In this document: positions 36,280 through 45,898 of the stretch, piece by piece
Layout of the letters: each line of letters starts with the position of its first letter
How positions within the stretch are numbered: position 1 is the stretch's first letter
Origin: an uncultured Parasphingorhabdus sp.
GTDB lineage: Bacteria > Pseudomonadota > Alphaproteobacteria > Sphingomonadales > Sphingomonadaceae
Length of the DNA stretch: 64,000 bases
Direction of reading: 5' to 3'
Assembly (NCBI RefSeq): GCF_963975735.1
Contig: NZ_CAXBIA010000008.1
Span: 26,525 to 90,524, forward strand
Position numbers and translations under genes: made by a program
The notes under the pieces: generated by a model
Databases searched by the model: none
What the model was told of the DNA's origin: nothing
What the model saw: the letters and a program-made list of their open reading frames with translations, nothing else

Positions 36280-38429
36280 CGCTTCCCGCTGGTCCCGCTC
36301 GCCGGCAGAGGAGCCTGCTCGATAATGCCGCTGTCCCTGACCGCAGGCATGTCGCCGGGCGCATAGATGATCTGGTCATCCGGACGCGCCTCGACCGATG
36401 GCGGCACGGTGCCGAGATAATCGCGGACCAGAGCGTCAATCGACGGCTCCTGATCGGGGTTCCGGCTGAGCTGCCGATCACGGATATAGCCATAGCGCGC
36501 GCTCGAGAAACGCCGTGCATCATTGGGGTCTTTCAGGATCGTCGGCCGGATGAATACCATCAAATTGGTCTTGACCCGCGACTTGCCACGCGACTTGAAT
36601 AATTCACCGAGGACCGGAATATCCCCCAGAAATGGCACTTTCTGGATCGTGCGCCGTTCGTTATCGTCGAGCAGACCGCCCAATGCGATAATCTCGCCAT
36701 CACCCACTGTTACCGTGGTGTTGATTTCCCGCTTGTTGATGATCAGCTCGCTGAAATCGTCGGAAACCGGCCCGGCAATCGAACTGACCTGCTGGCGCAA
36801 TTCCATCCGGACCTCGTCGCCCGCGTTGATCTGCGGCGTCACTTCCAGTTCGATCCCGACATTCTGCCGCTGGATCGTGCGGAAAGCATTGTCGAAATTG
36901 CCCGACAGCGCTTCGCCGGTCGACACCGGGATTTCCTGCCCGAACAATATGCTGCCCTTGAGATTGTTATTCACCGTCAGCGAAGGCGTCGACAGCACAT
37001 TGCTGTTGCTGTCCGACTGCACCGCATTGATGATCGCACCAAGCACGGCACTGCCGCCAAGGCTGGTCGCAAATCCGCCAAAGCCGCCCCGCGCGCCGAG
37101 AACGGCATCCGCGGCATTCTGGCGCAACGCATCGCCGACCGAACTATTGGTGGTCGTCGTTGTCGCGGTAGTTGTCGTCGTGGTCGTCGTGGTATCGAAC
37201 TGGTCGGCCAGCAAGCCGCCTGCAACATCGACGATATTGGGAGAAGCATTGGAGAAATTGGTCACCGCAAAGGGCACGTCCTTGCCACCAACGAGCCATT
37301 GCACGCCCAGCTCGCGGGCCAGCGTTTCCGAAATCTCGACAATGATCGCCTCGACAACCACCTGTTCCTGCCGCGTGTCGAGCTGGCGGATCAGTTCGCC
37401 GATCATCCGCTGCACATCGGGGTTGGCCGCAACAATGATCGCGTTGGTCCCTTCCAGACGGGTGACGATCGAGGGCCCGCGACTGGCAATGCCATTGCCG
37501 CCGCTGCTGACAGCGGGTGCCGCGGCGCCTTCACCGCCGCCAGCTGGCGCAACCGTCGCCGAACCGCCGCTTGTTCCGTTACTGCCCAGCAGATTCTCGA
37601 TCACTGGCAAGAGATGTTCGGCATTGGCATAATCCAGCCGGTGAACCCGTATCTCGGTCCCCGATTCCGCGCCCTTGTCCAGTTCCCGCGCCATTTGCGC
37701 AAAGCGCGTTACCGCACCGGGATCACCGCGCAACGCCACGCTGTTGCTGCTGTCGATCGGCACCACGGTAACCGGCGCGCGCAGGCCTTCGCCACCGCCC
37801 TGTGCAGCCAGCGCCTGTAACGAAGTTGCGATTTCGCGGGCACCGGCGTTCTTCAGAGTGACGATCGTGCTCGCGGCGCTGTCGCGGTCTATCTCTCCGA
37901 CCAGACTGCGAATCCGCCTGATATTGTCGGCATAGTCGACGATCACCAGGCTGTTCGCATTACGGTTGGATGTGATCGAGCCCTGCTTGCTGACCAATGG
38001 CCGCAATGTTTCCAGCGCTTCGGACGCGACAATCGATTTGAGCCGCACGACCTCGGTCACCATCTGGTTGCCCTCGGCGCCACGCGAACCGATCCGGGTC
38101 GGCTGCGAAGCCGCGCCATCGGCGGGCTGGATGCGATAGGCGCCACGGGTCGTCGGAATCGCGACCAGATTATTCGCACGCAGAGTCGAGAGAAATATCT
38201 CGAAATATTCCGATCGGCTAAGCGGACGGTCGGTGACCACCGAAACCTTGCCCTGGACCCGGCTGTCGAGAATGAAGGTACGGCCGGTCACCTTCGCCGC
38301 GTCCTGGACGAAGGCGCGAATATCGGCATCCCGGACATTGAGCGTATGCTGGGCCGACGCTGGCGCAGCCGACAGGCTCGCACAAAGCGCAAGGACGGCG
38401 ATAATCCGGGTGAACAAGCTACGCATCAA
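36276..38429 (-). CDS. gspD: type II secretion secretin
   Basis: 717 aa with a signal peptide, N-domains and a secretin C-domain (VPFLGDIPVLGELFKSR...NLMVFIRPTIL). Contains a 15-codon poly-Thr insert. Confidence 0.93.
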   Translation of the reverse strand: MMRSLFTRIIAVLALCASLSAAPASAQHTLNVRDADIRAFVQDAAKVTGRTFILDSRVQGKVSVVTDRPLSRSEYFEIFLSTLRANNLVAIPTTRGAYRIQPADGAASQPTRIGSRGAEGNQMVTEVVRLKSIVASEALETLRPLVSKQGSITSNRNANSLVIVDYADNIRRIRSLVGEIDRDSAASTIVTLKNAGAREIATSLQALAAQGGGEGLRAPVTVVPIDSSNSVALRGDPGAVTRFAQMARELDKGAESGTEIRVHRLDYANAEHLLPVIENLLGSNGTSGGSATVAPAGGGEGAAAPAVSSGGNGIASRGPSIVTRLEGTNAIIVAANPDVQRMIGELIRQLDTRQEQVVVEAIIVEISETLARELGVQWLVGGKDVPFAVTNFSNASPNIVDVAGGLLADQFDTTTTTTTTTATTTTTNSSVGDALRQNAADAVLGARGGFGGFATSLGGSAVLGAIINAVQSDSNSNVLSTPSLTVNNNLKGSILFGQEIPVSTGEALSGNFDNAFRTIQRQNVGIELEVTPQINAGDEVRMELRQQVSSIAGPVSDDFSELIINKREINTTVTVGDGEIIALGGLLDDNERRTIQKVPFLGDIPVLGELFKSRGKSRVKTNLMVFIRPTILKDPNDARRFSSARYGYIRDRQLSRNPDQEPSIDALVRDYLGTVPPSVEARPDDQIIYAPGDMPAVRDSGIIEQAPLPASGTSGKR

Positions 38430-39247
38430 GGGGCTCCCAGATTGACTGCTATCGGAACTCTATCGGCTCCGCGCTCTACTTCGACCGACAGGCGCGTGCC
38501 TGGCCGGATTTGGCTTTTCAACGCTTCGATATCGCCGGCCGAGCCGACCGGATTGCCGTTGATCGACACGATGATATCACCATTACGAAAACCGGCGCTG
38601 TTGAACAGAGCGCCATCTCCCAGAGGAGACATCACGATGCCGGTCACCCGGCCCTGATCGTTACGCGGCGCCAGCGATGCGACACCGGGAATTTCATTGC
38701 CGCCTGTGGTCAGGGACGCAGGTGCAACCGGATCGTCCGCGCCCACCGTCTGCGCCGGTATCGACTGGTCGAGATACAGGCTCTCGCGGACCCCGCCGCG
38801 GTCGATGATCACATGGTCGAATTCGACGCTGCTCAGCGTGACCCCCGACAGGATTTCTTCGCCCACGACATAATTTGTCTGCACCCCGTCCGGTCCCGCC
38901 AGTATCGCCGAACCCAGTCCCGAGGCCTCGTTCATCCGGATACCGAAAAGCGTCAGTTGCAGCGATGTCACCACATTGGCGCTTTGCGCCGCATCGCTGC
39001 GGAAAAACGGATCAAAGCTGCTGAACAGGGTCAGGCGCGATTGCGGCGACAGGATTTCCACATCATCGGCGCGATAATCGCCGACAGGGCCCAGCGGGGT
39101 CAGGACCAGCCAGATCAGGCGAACCGACTGAACCAGCAATAAAACAGCCAATATGGCGAACAGAACAGGATAAGGCCCCTTCTGGTTATACCAGCGGGCC
39201 AAGCTGCCAAATCTGTCCGAAAAGCTGTTTCCCACGAATCCCCGCAA
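38426..39247 (-). CDS. gspC: type II secretion system protein C (PDZ domain)
   Basis: 273 aa with an N-terminal TM helix and a C-terminal PDZ-like GFRNGDIIVSINGNPV. First gene of the locus. TTG start; overlaps the gspD start by 4 nt. Confidence 0.75.
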   Translation of the reverse strand: MRGFVGNSFSDRFGSLARWYNQKGPYPVLFAILAVLLLVQSVRLIWLVLTPLGPVGDYRADDVEILSPQSRLTLFSSFDPFFRSDAAQSANVVTSLQLTLFGIRMNEASGLGSAILAGPDGVQTNYVVGEEILSGVTLSSVEFDHVIIDRGGVRESLYLDQSIPAQTVGADDPVAPASLTTGGNEIPGVASLAPRNDQGRVTGIVMSPLGDGALFNSAGFRNGDIIVSINGNPVGSAGDIEALKSQIRPGTRLSVEVERGADRVPIAVNLGAP

Positions 39248-39343
39248 CCTTGCAATCCCCGTCGCGCTATAGCGATTTCACGTCCGTTCGACGACTCATT
39301 GATGACAAATATATTACAGATCGAGCCTAATGGGCTGAAAGCA

Positions 39344-39991
39344 TCAGGGCAATTGCATGTTCAGCAGAGCGCCAAGATCATCGAGCGCCTGCTGCTCTGC
39401 CGACACCTTGATGGCGGCCATACCCAGAGCGGCAGCCGGTTTGCAGTTGATCCCGAGATCGTCAAGATAGATACATTGTGCCGGCTCGACGTTCAGCGCC
39501 TCGCACATCATCTGGTAGATCCGCGGATCGGGCTTGCGGATGCCCGCCTTGCTGCTCTCGATAATATGGTCGAAGCGCAGCATGACAGCTTGCACCGCAG
39601 CGGCTTTTTCATCGTCCATCGCCATGCCCGCGCCCTTGCCAGCCGGTACATTGTTCGTGATGCAGGAAATCGTGAACCCTTCGGTTTTCAGACGGTCCAG
39701 CGTTGCCACCATCCGCGGACGCACATCACCGGCCAGCCGCGCCAGCACATCGGCGCCGCGCAATTCTATGCCGATCGCCCGCGCTTCCTCCGCAAAGGCT
39801 TCGTCGAAACCGTCACCATCGATTTCCGCCCGCTCAAACCGGGCCCACGCATTATGATCGGGATTGGCGCTGTTGATCTGGCGCACACTGTCTTTCGGCA
39901 CACCTTTTTCCGCCTCGAGCCGGTTGAACGCTTCAAAGGGGGACGATGTGATCACACCGCCGAAGTCAAAAATTACGGTCTTATATGTCAT
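39344..39991 (-). CDS. HAD-superfamily hydrolase (subfamily IA, epoxide-hydrolase N-terminal phosphatase-like)
   Basis: VIFDFGGVITSSP (motif I), ISCITNN and YLDDLGIN (motif IV). Confidence 0.8.
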   Translation of the reverse strand: MTYKTVIFDFGGVITSSPFEAFNRLEAEKGVPKDSVRQINSANPDHNAWARFERAEIDGDGFDEAFAEEARAIGIELRGADVLARLAGDVRPRMVATLDRLKTEGFTISCITNNVPAGKGAGMAMDDEKAAAVQAVMLRFDHIIESSKAGIRKPDPRIYQMMCEALNVEPAQCIYLDDLGINCKPAAALGMAAIKVSAEQQALDDLGALLNMQLP

Positions 39992-40686
39992 GCAACAACT
40001 GCTCCAAAAATTGATCCGATAGCGGCGGTAGCTGCCATGGCAGCAGCTCCCCAGAAAGTCACGCGAACCACAGGCCGCACCATCGGCGCGCCGCCAAGCA
40101 TGGCTCCGACGGCTCCCAGCGCGGCAAGCAACAACAAGGCTGCGCCGGACACTATCCAGATCAACATCTGCCCGCTGAACAGCGCCGCAAGAATGACCGG
40201 CAAGATCGCCCCGGCAGCAAATGCCAGAGCGGAAGCAGCGGCGGCCTGCAAAGGCCTGGCAGAGAAATGCTTGGTCAGGCCGAGTTCGTCGCGCAAATGC
40301 GTGCCCAGAGCGTCATGCGCCGTGAGCTGGTCGGCAACCTTCTCGGCAAGATCGGCGGTCAATCCCCGGTTCTTGTAAATCGATATCAGCTCCAGCCGCT
40401 CGGCCTTGGGCTGGTGCTCCAGCTCCCAGGCTTCCTTGGCCCGCTCCGCCTTCTCGCTATCGGCCTGCGAACTCACCGAGACATATTCGCCCGCAGCCAT
40501 CGACATGGCTCCGGCCACCAGTCCCGCGAAGGCAGTGAGCAAAATCGTCTCCTGCGAGGTGGCGGCGGCGGCCACCCCGACCACCAGACTGGCGGTCGAT
40601 ACGATCCCGTCATTGGCCCCCAATACGGCAGCGCGCAGCCAGCCTACCCGGTCAAGCCGATGTTTTTCATTATGTACTTTTGCCAA
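39988..40686 (-). CDS. VIT1/CCC1 family iron/manganese transporter
   Basis: WLRAAVLGANDGIVSTASLVVGVAAA and the membrane topology are typical of the VIT family. 4-nt overlap with the HAD gene. Confidence 0.85.
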   Translation of the reverse strand: MAKVHNEKHRLDRVGWLRAAVLGANDGIVSTASLVVGVAAAATSQETILLTAFAGLVAGAMSMAAGEYVSVSSQADSEKAERAKEAWELEHQPKAERLELISIYKNRGLTADLAEKVADQLTAHDALGTHLRDELGLTKHFSARPLQAAAASALAFAAGAILPVILAALFSGQMLIWIVSGAALLLLAALGAVGAMLGGAPMVRPVVRVTFWGAAAMAATAAIGSIFGAVVA

Positions 40687-40695
40687 GATGGATTC

Positions 40696-41616
40696 CTATT
40701 TGTTCAAATATTCCAGCTTGAGGCCCGGGCGTTTCCAGCGGGTCTTGACCAGTTTCCCGGTCGCCGACAGGCAGATCCAGGCGTCCATCATATCCTCGCC
40801 GCCAAAGCAGATATTGGTGGTGAAGATATCCGGCGTCTCAACAAATTCAACCAGTTCGCCTTCCGGAGAGACGACGCTGATCCCGCACTCGCCGATGGTC
40901 GCGACGCAGATATTGCCGCATTCCTCCATAGCCAGACTGTCGAAAAACTTATAGCCGGAGGGGCGATAGAGCGGAATACCCGGACCGCCCGGCCCGGCAT
41001 CCGCCGCGACCTTGCCAGGCGCGGTGATGTTGAACTTCATCAGGCGGCAAGTGAAGGTCTCGGCGGCGTAAAGCGTGTTGCCATCGGGTGAAATGCCGAT
41101 GCCATTGGGATTTTGCGAAGGAAAAATCACTTCTTCCAGATGGCTGCCATCGGCCTTGGCATAGAAAATCCCGACAATATCATGACAGCGTTTTGCATAG
41201 TCGGTCTTGCCATGGTCGGTGAACCAGAAACCGCCGTGGGCGTCGAACTGGATATCATTGGGACCGCGCAGGATGCAGCCGAAATCGCCGTCATTATACA
41301 GCGTTTCGACTTCGCCGGTGTCGGGATCGACCCGCTGGATGCTGCCGCCGACATAATCCTTGGCAATGCCCGCCGGGGTCAGGAAGCCATTTTCCTCATG
41401 ATATTCGAAACCGCCATTGTTGCAGACATAGATTTTGCCATCCGGGCCCATCGCCGCGCCATTGGGACCGCCACCGGTTTTTGCGACCAGCTGTTTGGTG
41501 CCGTCGGGCAAGACCCGGGTGAGCTGCTGCGCCTCGATTTCGACCAAAATGACGCTGCCGTCGGGCATGGCAATCGGCCCTTCGGGAAAGCGCAGGCCTT
41601 CGGTGACTATTTCCAT
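40696..41616 (-). CDS. SMP-30/gluconolactonase/LRE family protein
   Basis: GLRFPEGPIAMPDGS, GGPNGAAMGPDG and NGIGISPDG beta-propeller repeats. Start set to ATG 41616 after GAGGAAA. Confidence 0.8.
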   Translation of the reverse strand: MEIVTEGLRFPEGPIAMPDGSVILVEIEAQQLTRVLPDGTKQLVAKTGGGPNGAAMGPDGKIYVCNNGGFEYHEENGFLTPAGIAKDYVGGSIQRVDPDTGEVETLYNDGDFGCILRGPNDIQFDAHGGFWFTDHGKTDYAKRCHDIVGIFYAKADGSHLEEVIFPSQNPNGIGISPDGNTLYAAETFTCRLMKFNITAPGKVAADAGPGGPGIPLYRPSGYKFFDSLAMEECGNICVATIGECGISVVSPEGELVEFVETPDIFTTNICFGGEDMMDAWICLSATGKLVKTRWKRPGLKLEYLNK

Positions 41617-41702
41617 GACTTTTTCCTCTCGAATTTTAGGACAGTCATTGCGGGAATTGGACGACAAGTCTAGTGCCAAGAGAGACAGTTTCAGGAGCAA
41701 CT

Positions 41703-43139
41703 ATGTCCAACGCATATCCCAAAAAATTGCAACTCCATATCGATGGCGAATGGGTTGATGGCGAAGATCGCGAAGTCCATCAGGTCGTCAATCCGGCGAC
41801 GGGGCAGACTATCTCGGACCTGCCCAAAGCGACGACCGCCGATCTCGACCGCGCACTGAGCGCAGCCGACCGGGCCTTCCCGATCTGGCGCGATACGCCG
41901 GTGGCCGAGCGCGCCGTGATATTGCACAAGGCGGCAGACCTGATGCGCGAACGCGCTCCGGAAATTGGCCGTCTGATGACTTACGAGCAAGGCAAGCCGC
42001 TGCCTCAGGCGATTGGCGAAGTTACAGCTTCGGCCAGTCATTTCGACATAATGGCCGAAGAAGCCAAGCGCTGTTACGGTCGCGTATTGGTACGCCCCGC
42101 TGGTCAGAATAGTTTCGTCAAATATCAGCCGGTCGGACCGGTCGCCGCGTTCAGCCCCTGGAATTTTCCGATCTTCACCCCGGTACGCAAGCTGGCCCCT
42201 GCCATTGCCGCCGGCTGCTCGATCATTCTCAAGCCGGCGGAAGAAACCCCGGCCAGCCCGATCGAGATGATCCGCTGCCTCGTCGATGCCGGCCTGCCCT
42301 CCGGCGTCGTCCAGATTGTCTTCGGCGATCCGGCAGAAGTCTCCAGCCATCTGATTGCCTCACCGGTGATCCGCAAGATCAGCTTCACCGGATCGGTTCC
42401 GGTCGGCAAGCATCTGATGAAGCTCGCCGCCGAAGGCATGAAGCGCACCACGATGGAACTCGGCGGTCACGCACCGGTGCTGGTCTTTGATGACTGCGAT
42501 ATAGAAAAAGCGCTCGATCTGACGGCGATGCAAAAATATCGCAACGCCGGGCAGGTCTGCGTGTCCCCGACCCGTTTCTATGTCCAGTCCGGAATTTACG
42601 ACCGGTTCGTCAAAGGTTTCACCGAACGCGCTGCCAAGGTTGCGGTCGGCGACGGCTTTGCCGACGGGATTGAAATGGGGCCACTCGCCAATCCCCGTCG
42701 CCCCAGTTCGGTCGGCGATATGATCAAAGATGCCAAGAGCAAGGGCGCAGAAGTCATGCTCGGCGGCAACCGGCAGGACAAGGACGGCTTTTTCTTTGAT
42801 CCCACCGTATTGTCGCACGTTCCGCTCGACGCCAATATCATGAACGACGAGCCGTTCGGTCCGGTCGCGGTGCTGCGGCCCTTCGACACGCTCGACGAAG
42901 CGATTGATCAGGCCAACCGTCTGCCGCTCGGTCTGGCCGCTTATGCCTTCACCAACAGCCTGCACACAGCCAACATGGTCGGCGATAAAATCGAAGCAGG
43001 AATGGTGGCGATCAACAATCTGACCGTCAGCCCCGGGGACGCACCTTTCGGCGGCGTCAAGCAAAGCGGCCACGGGTCGGAAGACGGACCAGACGGATTG
43101 AAAGCCTATATGGTGACCAAGGCGATCCATCAGGCTTGA
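41703..43139 (+). CDS. NAD(P)-dependent aldehyde dehydrogenase (semialdehyde dehydrogenase-like)
   Basis: FSPWNFP, MELGGHAP (ELGG) and NAGQVCVSPTR (catalytic Cys). Start set to ATG 41703. Confidence 0.9.
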   Translation: MSNAYPKKLQLHIDGEWVDGEDREVHQVVNPATGQTISDLPKATTADLDRALSAADRAFPIWRDTPVAERAVILHKAADLMRERAPEIGRLMTYEQGKPLPQAIGEVTASASHFDIMAEEAKRCYGRVLVRPAGQNSFVKYQPVGPVAAFSPWNFPIFTPVRKLAPAIAAGCSIILKPAEETPASPIEMIRCLVDAGLPSGVVQIVFGDPAEVSSHLIASPVIRKISFTGSVPVGKHLMKLAAEGMKRTTMELGGHAPVLVFDDCDIEKALDLTAMQKYRNAGQVCVSPTRFYVQSGIYDRFVKGFTERAAKVAVGDGFADGIEMGPLANPRRPSSVGDMIKDAKSKGAEVMLGGNRQDKDGFFFDPTVLSHVPLDANIMNDEPFGPVAVLRPFDTLDEAIDQANRLPLGLAAYAFTNSLHTANMVGDKIEAGMVAINNLTVSPGDAPFGGVKQSGHGSEDGPDGLKAYMVTKAIHQA

Positions 43140-43163
43140 TTTGCAAGCAGGCCTAGAGACAGC

Positions 43164-43188
43164 AGAACGCGACAGCGTTCTCAATTTT
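43164..43188 (+). terminator. possible rho-independent terminator after the aldehyde dehydrogenase gene
   Basis: AGAACGC-GACA-GCGTTCT followed by CAATTTT. The stem is only 7 bp. Confidence 0.35.
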
Positions 43189-43263
43189 GTCGCACGAAGA
43201 CACGAAGGCACGAAGAAGACTGGATAGTTAAATTTCCTTCGTGTCTTCGTGTCTTTGTGCGAC
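43189..43263. repeat. REP-like inverted repeat built from CACGAAG units
   Basis: GTCGCACGAAGACACGAAGGCACGAAGA ... CCTTCGTGTCTTCGTGTCTTTGTGCGAC. The arms are near reverse complements, each made of direct (A/G)CACGAAG units. Confidence 0.75.
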
Positions 43264-43316
43264 ATATAAATAGATAAATTGCAGCTAAAGCTGCGGGTGA
43301 GCATGGAGAGAGAAAC

Positions 43317-44966
43317 ATGAAAAAACGCACCGGCGCGCAGATTTTGGTCGATCAGTTGCTCATCCAGGGCACCGAGCGTATCTTCACCGTTCCCGGAGAA
43401 AGCTTTCTCTCCGTTCTCGACGCACTGCACGACTGCGGTTCGATCCAGACCGTCTCCACCCGGCAGGACGGCAGCGCCGCCTTCATGGCCGAAGCTGATG
43501 GCAAGATGACCGGCGCGCCCGGCATTGCCTTTGTCACCCGCGGCCCCGGCGCGACCAATGCCAGCATCGGTGTCCACACCGCGATGCAGGACAGCACGCC
43601 GATGATATTGTTTATCGGTGATGTTGCTCGAGACGACCGCGACCGCGAAGGCTTTCAGGAAGTCGATTTCACCGCGATGTTCACCCCGCTCGCCAAATGG
43701 GCCGCGCGGATCGACAATGCGGCACGGATTCCGGAATATATCGCCCGCGCCTTCGATACCGCGAGCAGTGGCCGCCCCGGCCCGGTGGTTCTGGCCCTGC
43801 CCGAAGACATGTTGCGCGACGAGGTCGAGGCGCTGGACCGCCCCAAAGTGGTCGCCCCGGCCCAGCCGCTCTGCCCGGACGCGATGACTACGCTCACCGA
43901 TATGTTGCGCGATGCCACCGACCCGATCGCGATCATCGGCGGCGCTGGCTGGAGCGCCAAGAGCACGCATTATTTCGCCCAATATGCCGAGCGCATGGGG
44001 CTTCCCGTGGCGGTTGCGTTCCGGCGGCAGGATAATTTCCCCAACGAGAGCCCGGTCTATGCCGGCAATCTCGGTTACGGCCCCAATCCCAAGCTGATCC
44101 AGCGGATCAAGGATGCCGATCTGATACTGGCGGTGGGCGCTCGGCTGGGCGAGGCGACGACGGACGGTTACACGCTGATCACGCCCGATCACCCCGATCA
44201 GATCCTCGTCCACGTCCACCCCGATCCCGACGAACTCAACCATGTCTATCGCACCGACCTGCCGATCTGCGCGGAGATGGATGAATTTGCCGAACAGGTC
44301 GCCCTGTGGGAAGATGATCTGCTGAGTTTCGATGCCGGCAAGGACGCCCACGCAGACTATCTCGCCTGGTCCACCCCACAACCCACGGCTGCGAAACTGG
44401 ACCTCGGCCAGTGCGTGGCAGCGATGCAGGAGCAACTTCCCGCCGACGCGATCATCTGCAATGGCGCCGGCAATTTTTCCGGCTGGTGGCACCGCTACTG
44501 GAAATATGGCGCTTTCCCCAGCCAGCTTGCCCCGACATCGGGTGCGATGGGTTACGGTGTGCCTGCGTCGGTCGCAGCAGCCCTTCGCTTCCCCGACCGC
44601 GTGTCGGTGGTTGTCGCCGGCGACGGCGATTTCATGATGAACGGCCAGGAACTCGCCACCGCAATCCAATATGACGCCAATCTGCTGGTGCTGGTGATCG
44701 ACAATGGCAGTTTCGGCACCATCCGCCTGCACCAGGAACGCGAATATCCGGCAAGGCCGTCGGCGACATCCCTAAAGAACCCCGACTTCGCGAAGCTGGC
44801 CGAAGCTTATGGCGGATGGAGCGCGACCGTGGAAGATACAGACGCATTCGCGCCCGCTTTGGCACAGGCGATGCAGCGGAAAGGATTACGGTTGCTGCAC
44901 CTGAAAACCGATGTCGAATTTTTAACCGCTGCCGGTGCGACGGTGAGCGGGTTCAGAAGCCGCTAA
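43317..44966 (+). CDS. thiamine-pyrophosphate-dependent enzyme (acetolactate synthase-like)
   Basis: 549 aa. GAQILVDQLLIQGTERIFTVPGESFL and the TPP motif GDGDFMMNGQELATA...VLVIDNGSFG. Confidence 0.88.
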   Translation: MKKRTGAQILVDQLLIQGTERIFTVPGESFLSVLDALHDCGSIQTVSTRQDGSAAFMAEADGKMTGAPGIAFVTRGPGATNASIGVHTAMQDSTPMILFIGDVARDDRDREGFQEVDFTAMFTPLAKWAARIDNAARIPEYIARAFDTASSGRPGPVVLALPEDMLRDEVEALDRPKVVAPAQPLCPDAMTTLTDMLRDATDPIAIIGGAGWSAKSTHYFAQYAERMGLPVAVAFRRQDNFPNESPVYAGNLGYGPNPKLIQRIKDADLILAVGARLGEATTDGYTLITPDHPDQILVHVHPDPDELNHVYRTDLPICAEMDEFAEQVALWEDDLLSFDAGKDAHADYLAWSTPQPTAAKLDLGQCVAAMQEQLPADAIICNGAGNFSGWWHRYWKYGAFPSQLAPTSGAMGYGVPASVAAALRFPDRVSVVVAGDGDFMMNGQELATAIQYDANLLVLVIDNGSFGTIRLHQEREYPARPSATSLKNPDFAKLAEAYGGWSATVEDTDAFAPALAQAMQRKGLRLLHLKTDVEFLTAAGATVSGFRSR

Positions 44967-45051
44967 TATCGCCAATTCATTCCCGGACACCGGCAGTCAC
45001 ATTCAGCCGGCTCGGGTTTGGCAACCAGTGCCCTTCCTGCGTCGAAGTCGG

Positions 45052-45513
45052 CTATGCCTTCTCCGCAACCCGGCCCATCGCCATGTCGATATTTTCCGAA
45101 CATAGTGCATCTTCATATTTGCCGGCCACAATTTTGCGGATAAGCCCCACAAGCCTGTCGGCTTCGCGAATGCAATTGGCCTTGTCGAAACAGGCGATGG
45201 CGCCTCTTTTGAGCGCGTCGACCCTGATTTCGGATCCTCGCACCGACGATGCTGAAACGATCATCACCCGCGCAAGGTCATTGGACACAATATGATCGAG
45301 CAATTGCAGCCCGTTCATGCCGGGCATATTTATGTCGAGCAACACCAGATCGAACAATCGCACATCGAGGGTTTCGATAGCCTGCAGTGCGTTTGCCGCA
45401 TGTTCCGGTGGACGAAAATCCCGATGTTTGCTTATCACCACGTCGAGCATTGCTCTCAATGTTGAAGAATCATCGACGATCAGGGTTCTGATGGCTCCCA
45501 GCATGACTTTCAT
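45052..45513 (-). CDS. single-domain response regulator (CheY-like receiver)
   Basis: TLIVDDSSTLRAML...FDLVLLDINMPGMNGLQLL...MIVSA. Start set to ATG 45513 after GAGGAG. No cognate kinase in the window. Confidence 0.8.
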   Translation of the reverse strand: MKVMLGAIRTLIVDDSSTLRAMLDVVISKHRDFRPPEHAANALQAIETLDVRLFDLVLLDINMPGMNGLQLLDHIVSNDLARVMIVSASSVRGSEIRVDALKRGAIACFDKANCIREADRLVGLIRKIVAGKYEDALCSENIDMAMGRVAEKA

Positions 45514-45690
45514 TTCTCCTCGCCAAGCAAGATGCTTGAGCAGTTCATCAATATACGGCGGTTGTGAAGATCTTTTAACCATAGAGACTGGAATTGTGGT
45601 GCCGGGCAAAAACGCGCGCGGCGACCACAGCGGCCGTTAATGCAAAAAAGAGGTTTGCGGCGCATAGCGGAGGGGTCTGGAGACACCCAC

Positions 45691-45864
45691 ATGAAATTCG
45701 TTTTACTGAAATCGCACGGCGGCAATTATATGGTCGTTGTCGAGAATATCGCGTGGCTGCGCACCGATGCCGATGGTCAGACCAAGGTCGGCATGGTCGG
45801 CGGCTCACCGCTGCTGGTGGCGGGTACCATCGAAGAGACCGCGGCAACGATATTGGCGGGTTAG
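45691..45864 (+). CDS. hypothetical small protein
   Basis: 57 aa (MKFVLLKSHGGNYMVVVENIAWLRTDADGQTKVGMVGGSPLLVAGTIEETAATILAG) with GGAGG-like sequence upstream. No family recognised. Confidence 0.4.
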   Translation: MKFVLLKSHGGNYMVVVENIAWLRTDADGQTKVGMVGGSPLLVAGTIEETAATILAG

Positions 45865-45898
45865 GTCCGTCCACCCGTCGCAACAGCGGGTGAAGAAG

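Noticed and set aside
34828-36366. 512-aa plus-strand ORF
   Set aside because: It is antisense to gspE, whose Walker A/B and tetracysteine motifs are unambiguous.
42360-44732. 790-aa minus-strand ORF
   Set aside because: It runs antisense to the aldehyde dehydrogenase and TPP-enzyme genes, both of which have clear family motifs. Its translation is Arg/Gly/Ala/His-rich with no recognisable domains, typical of a shadow ORF in GC-rich DNA.
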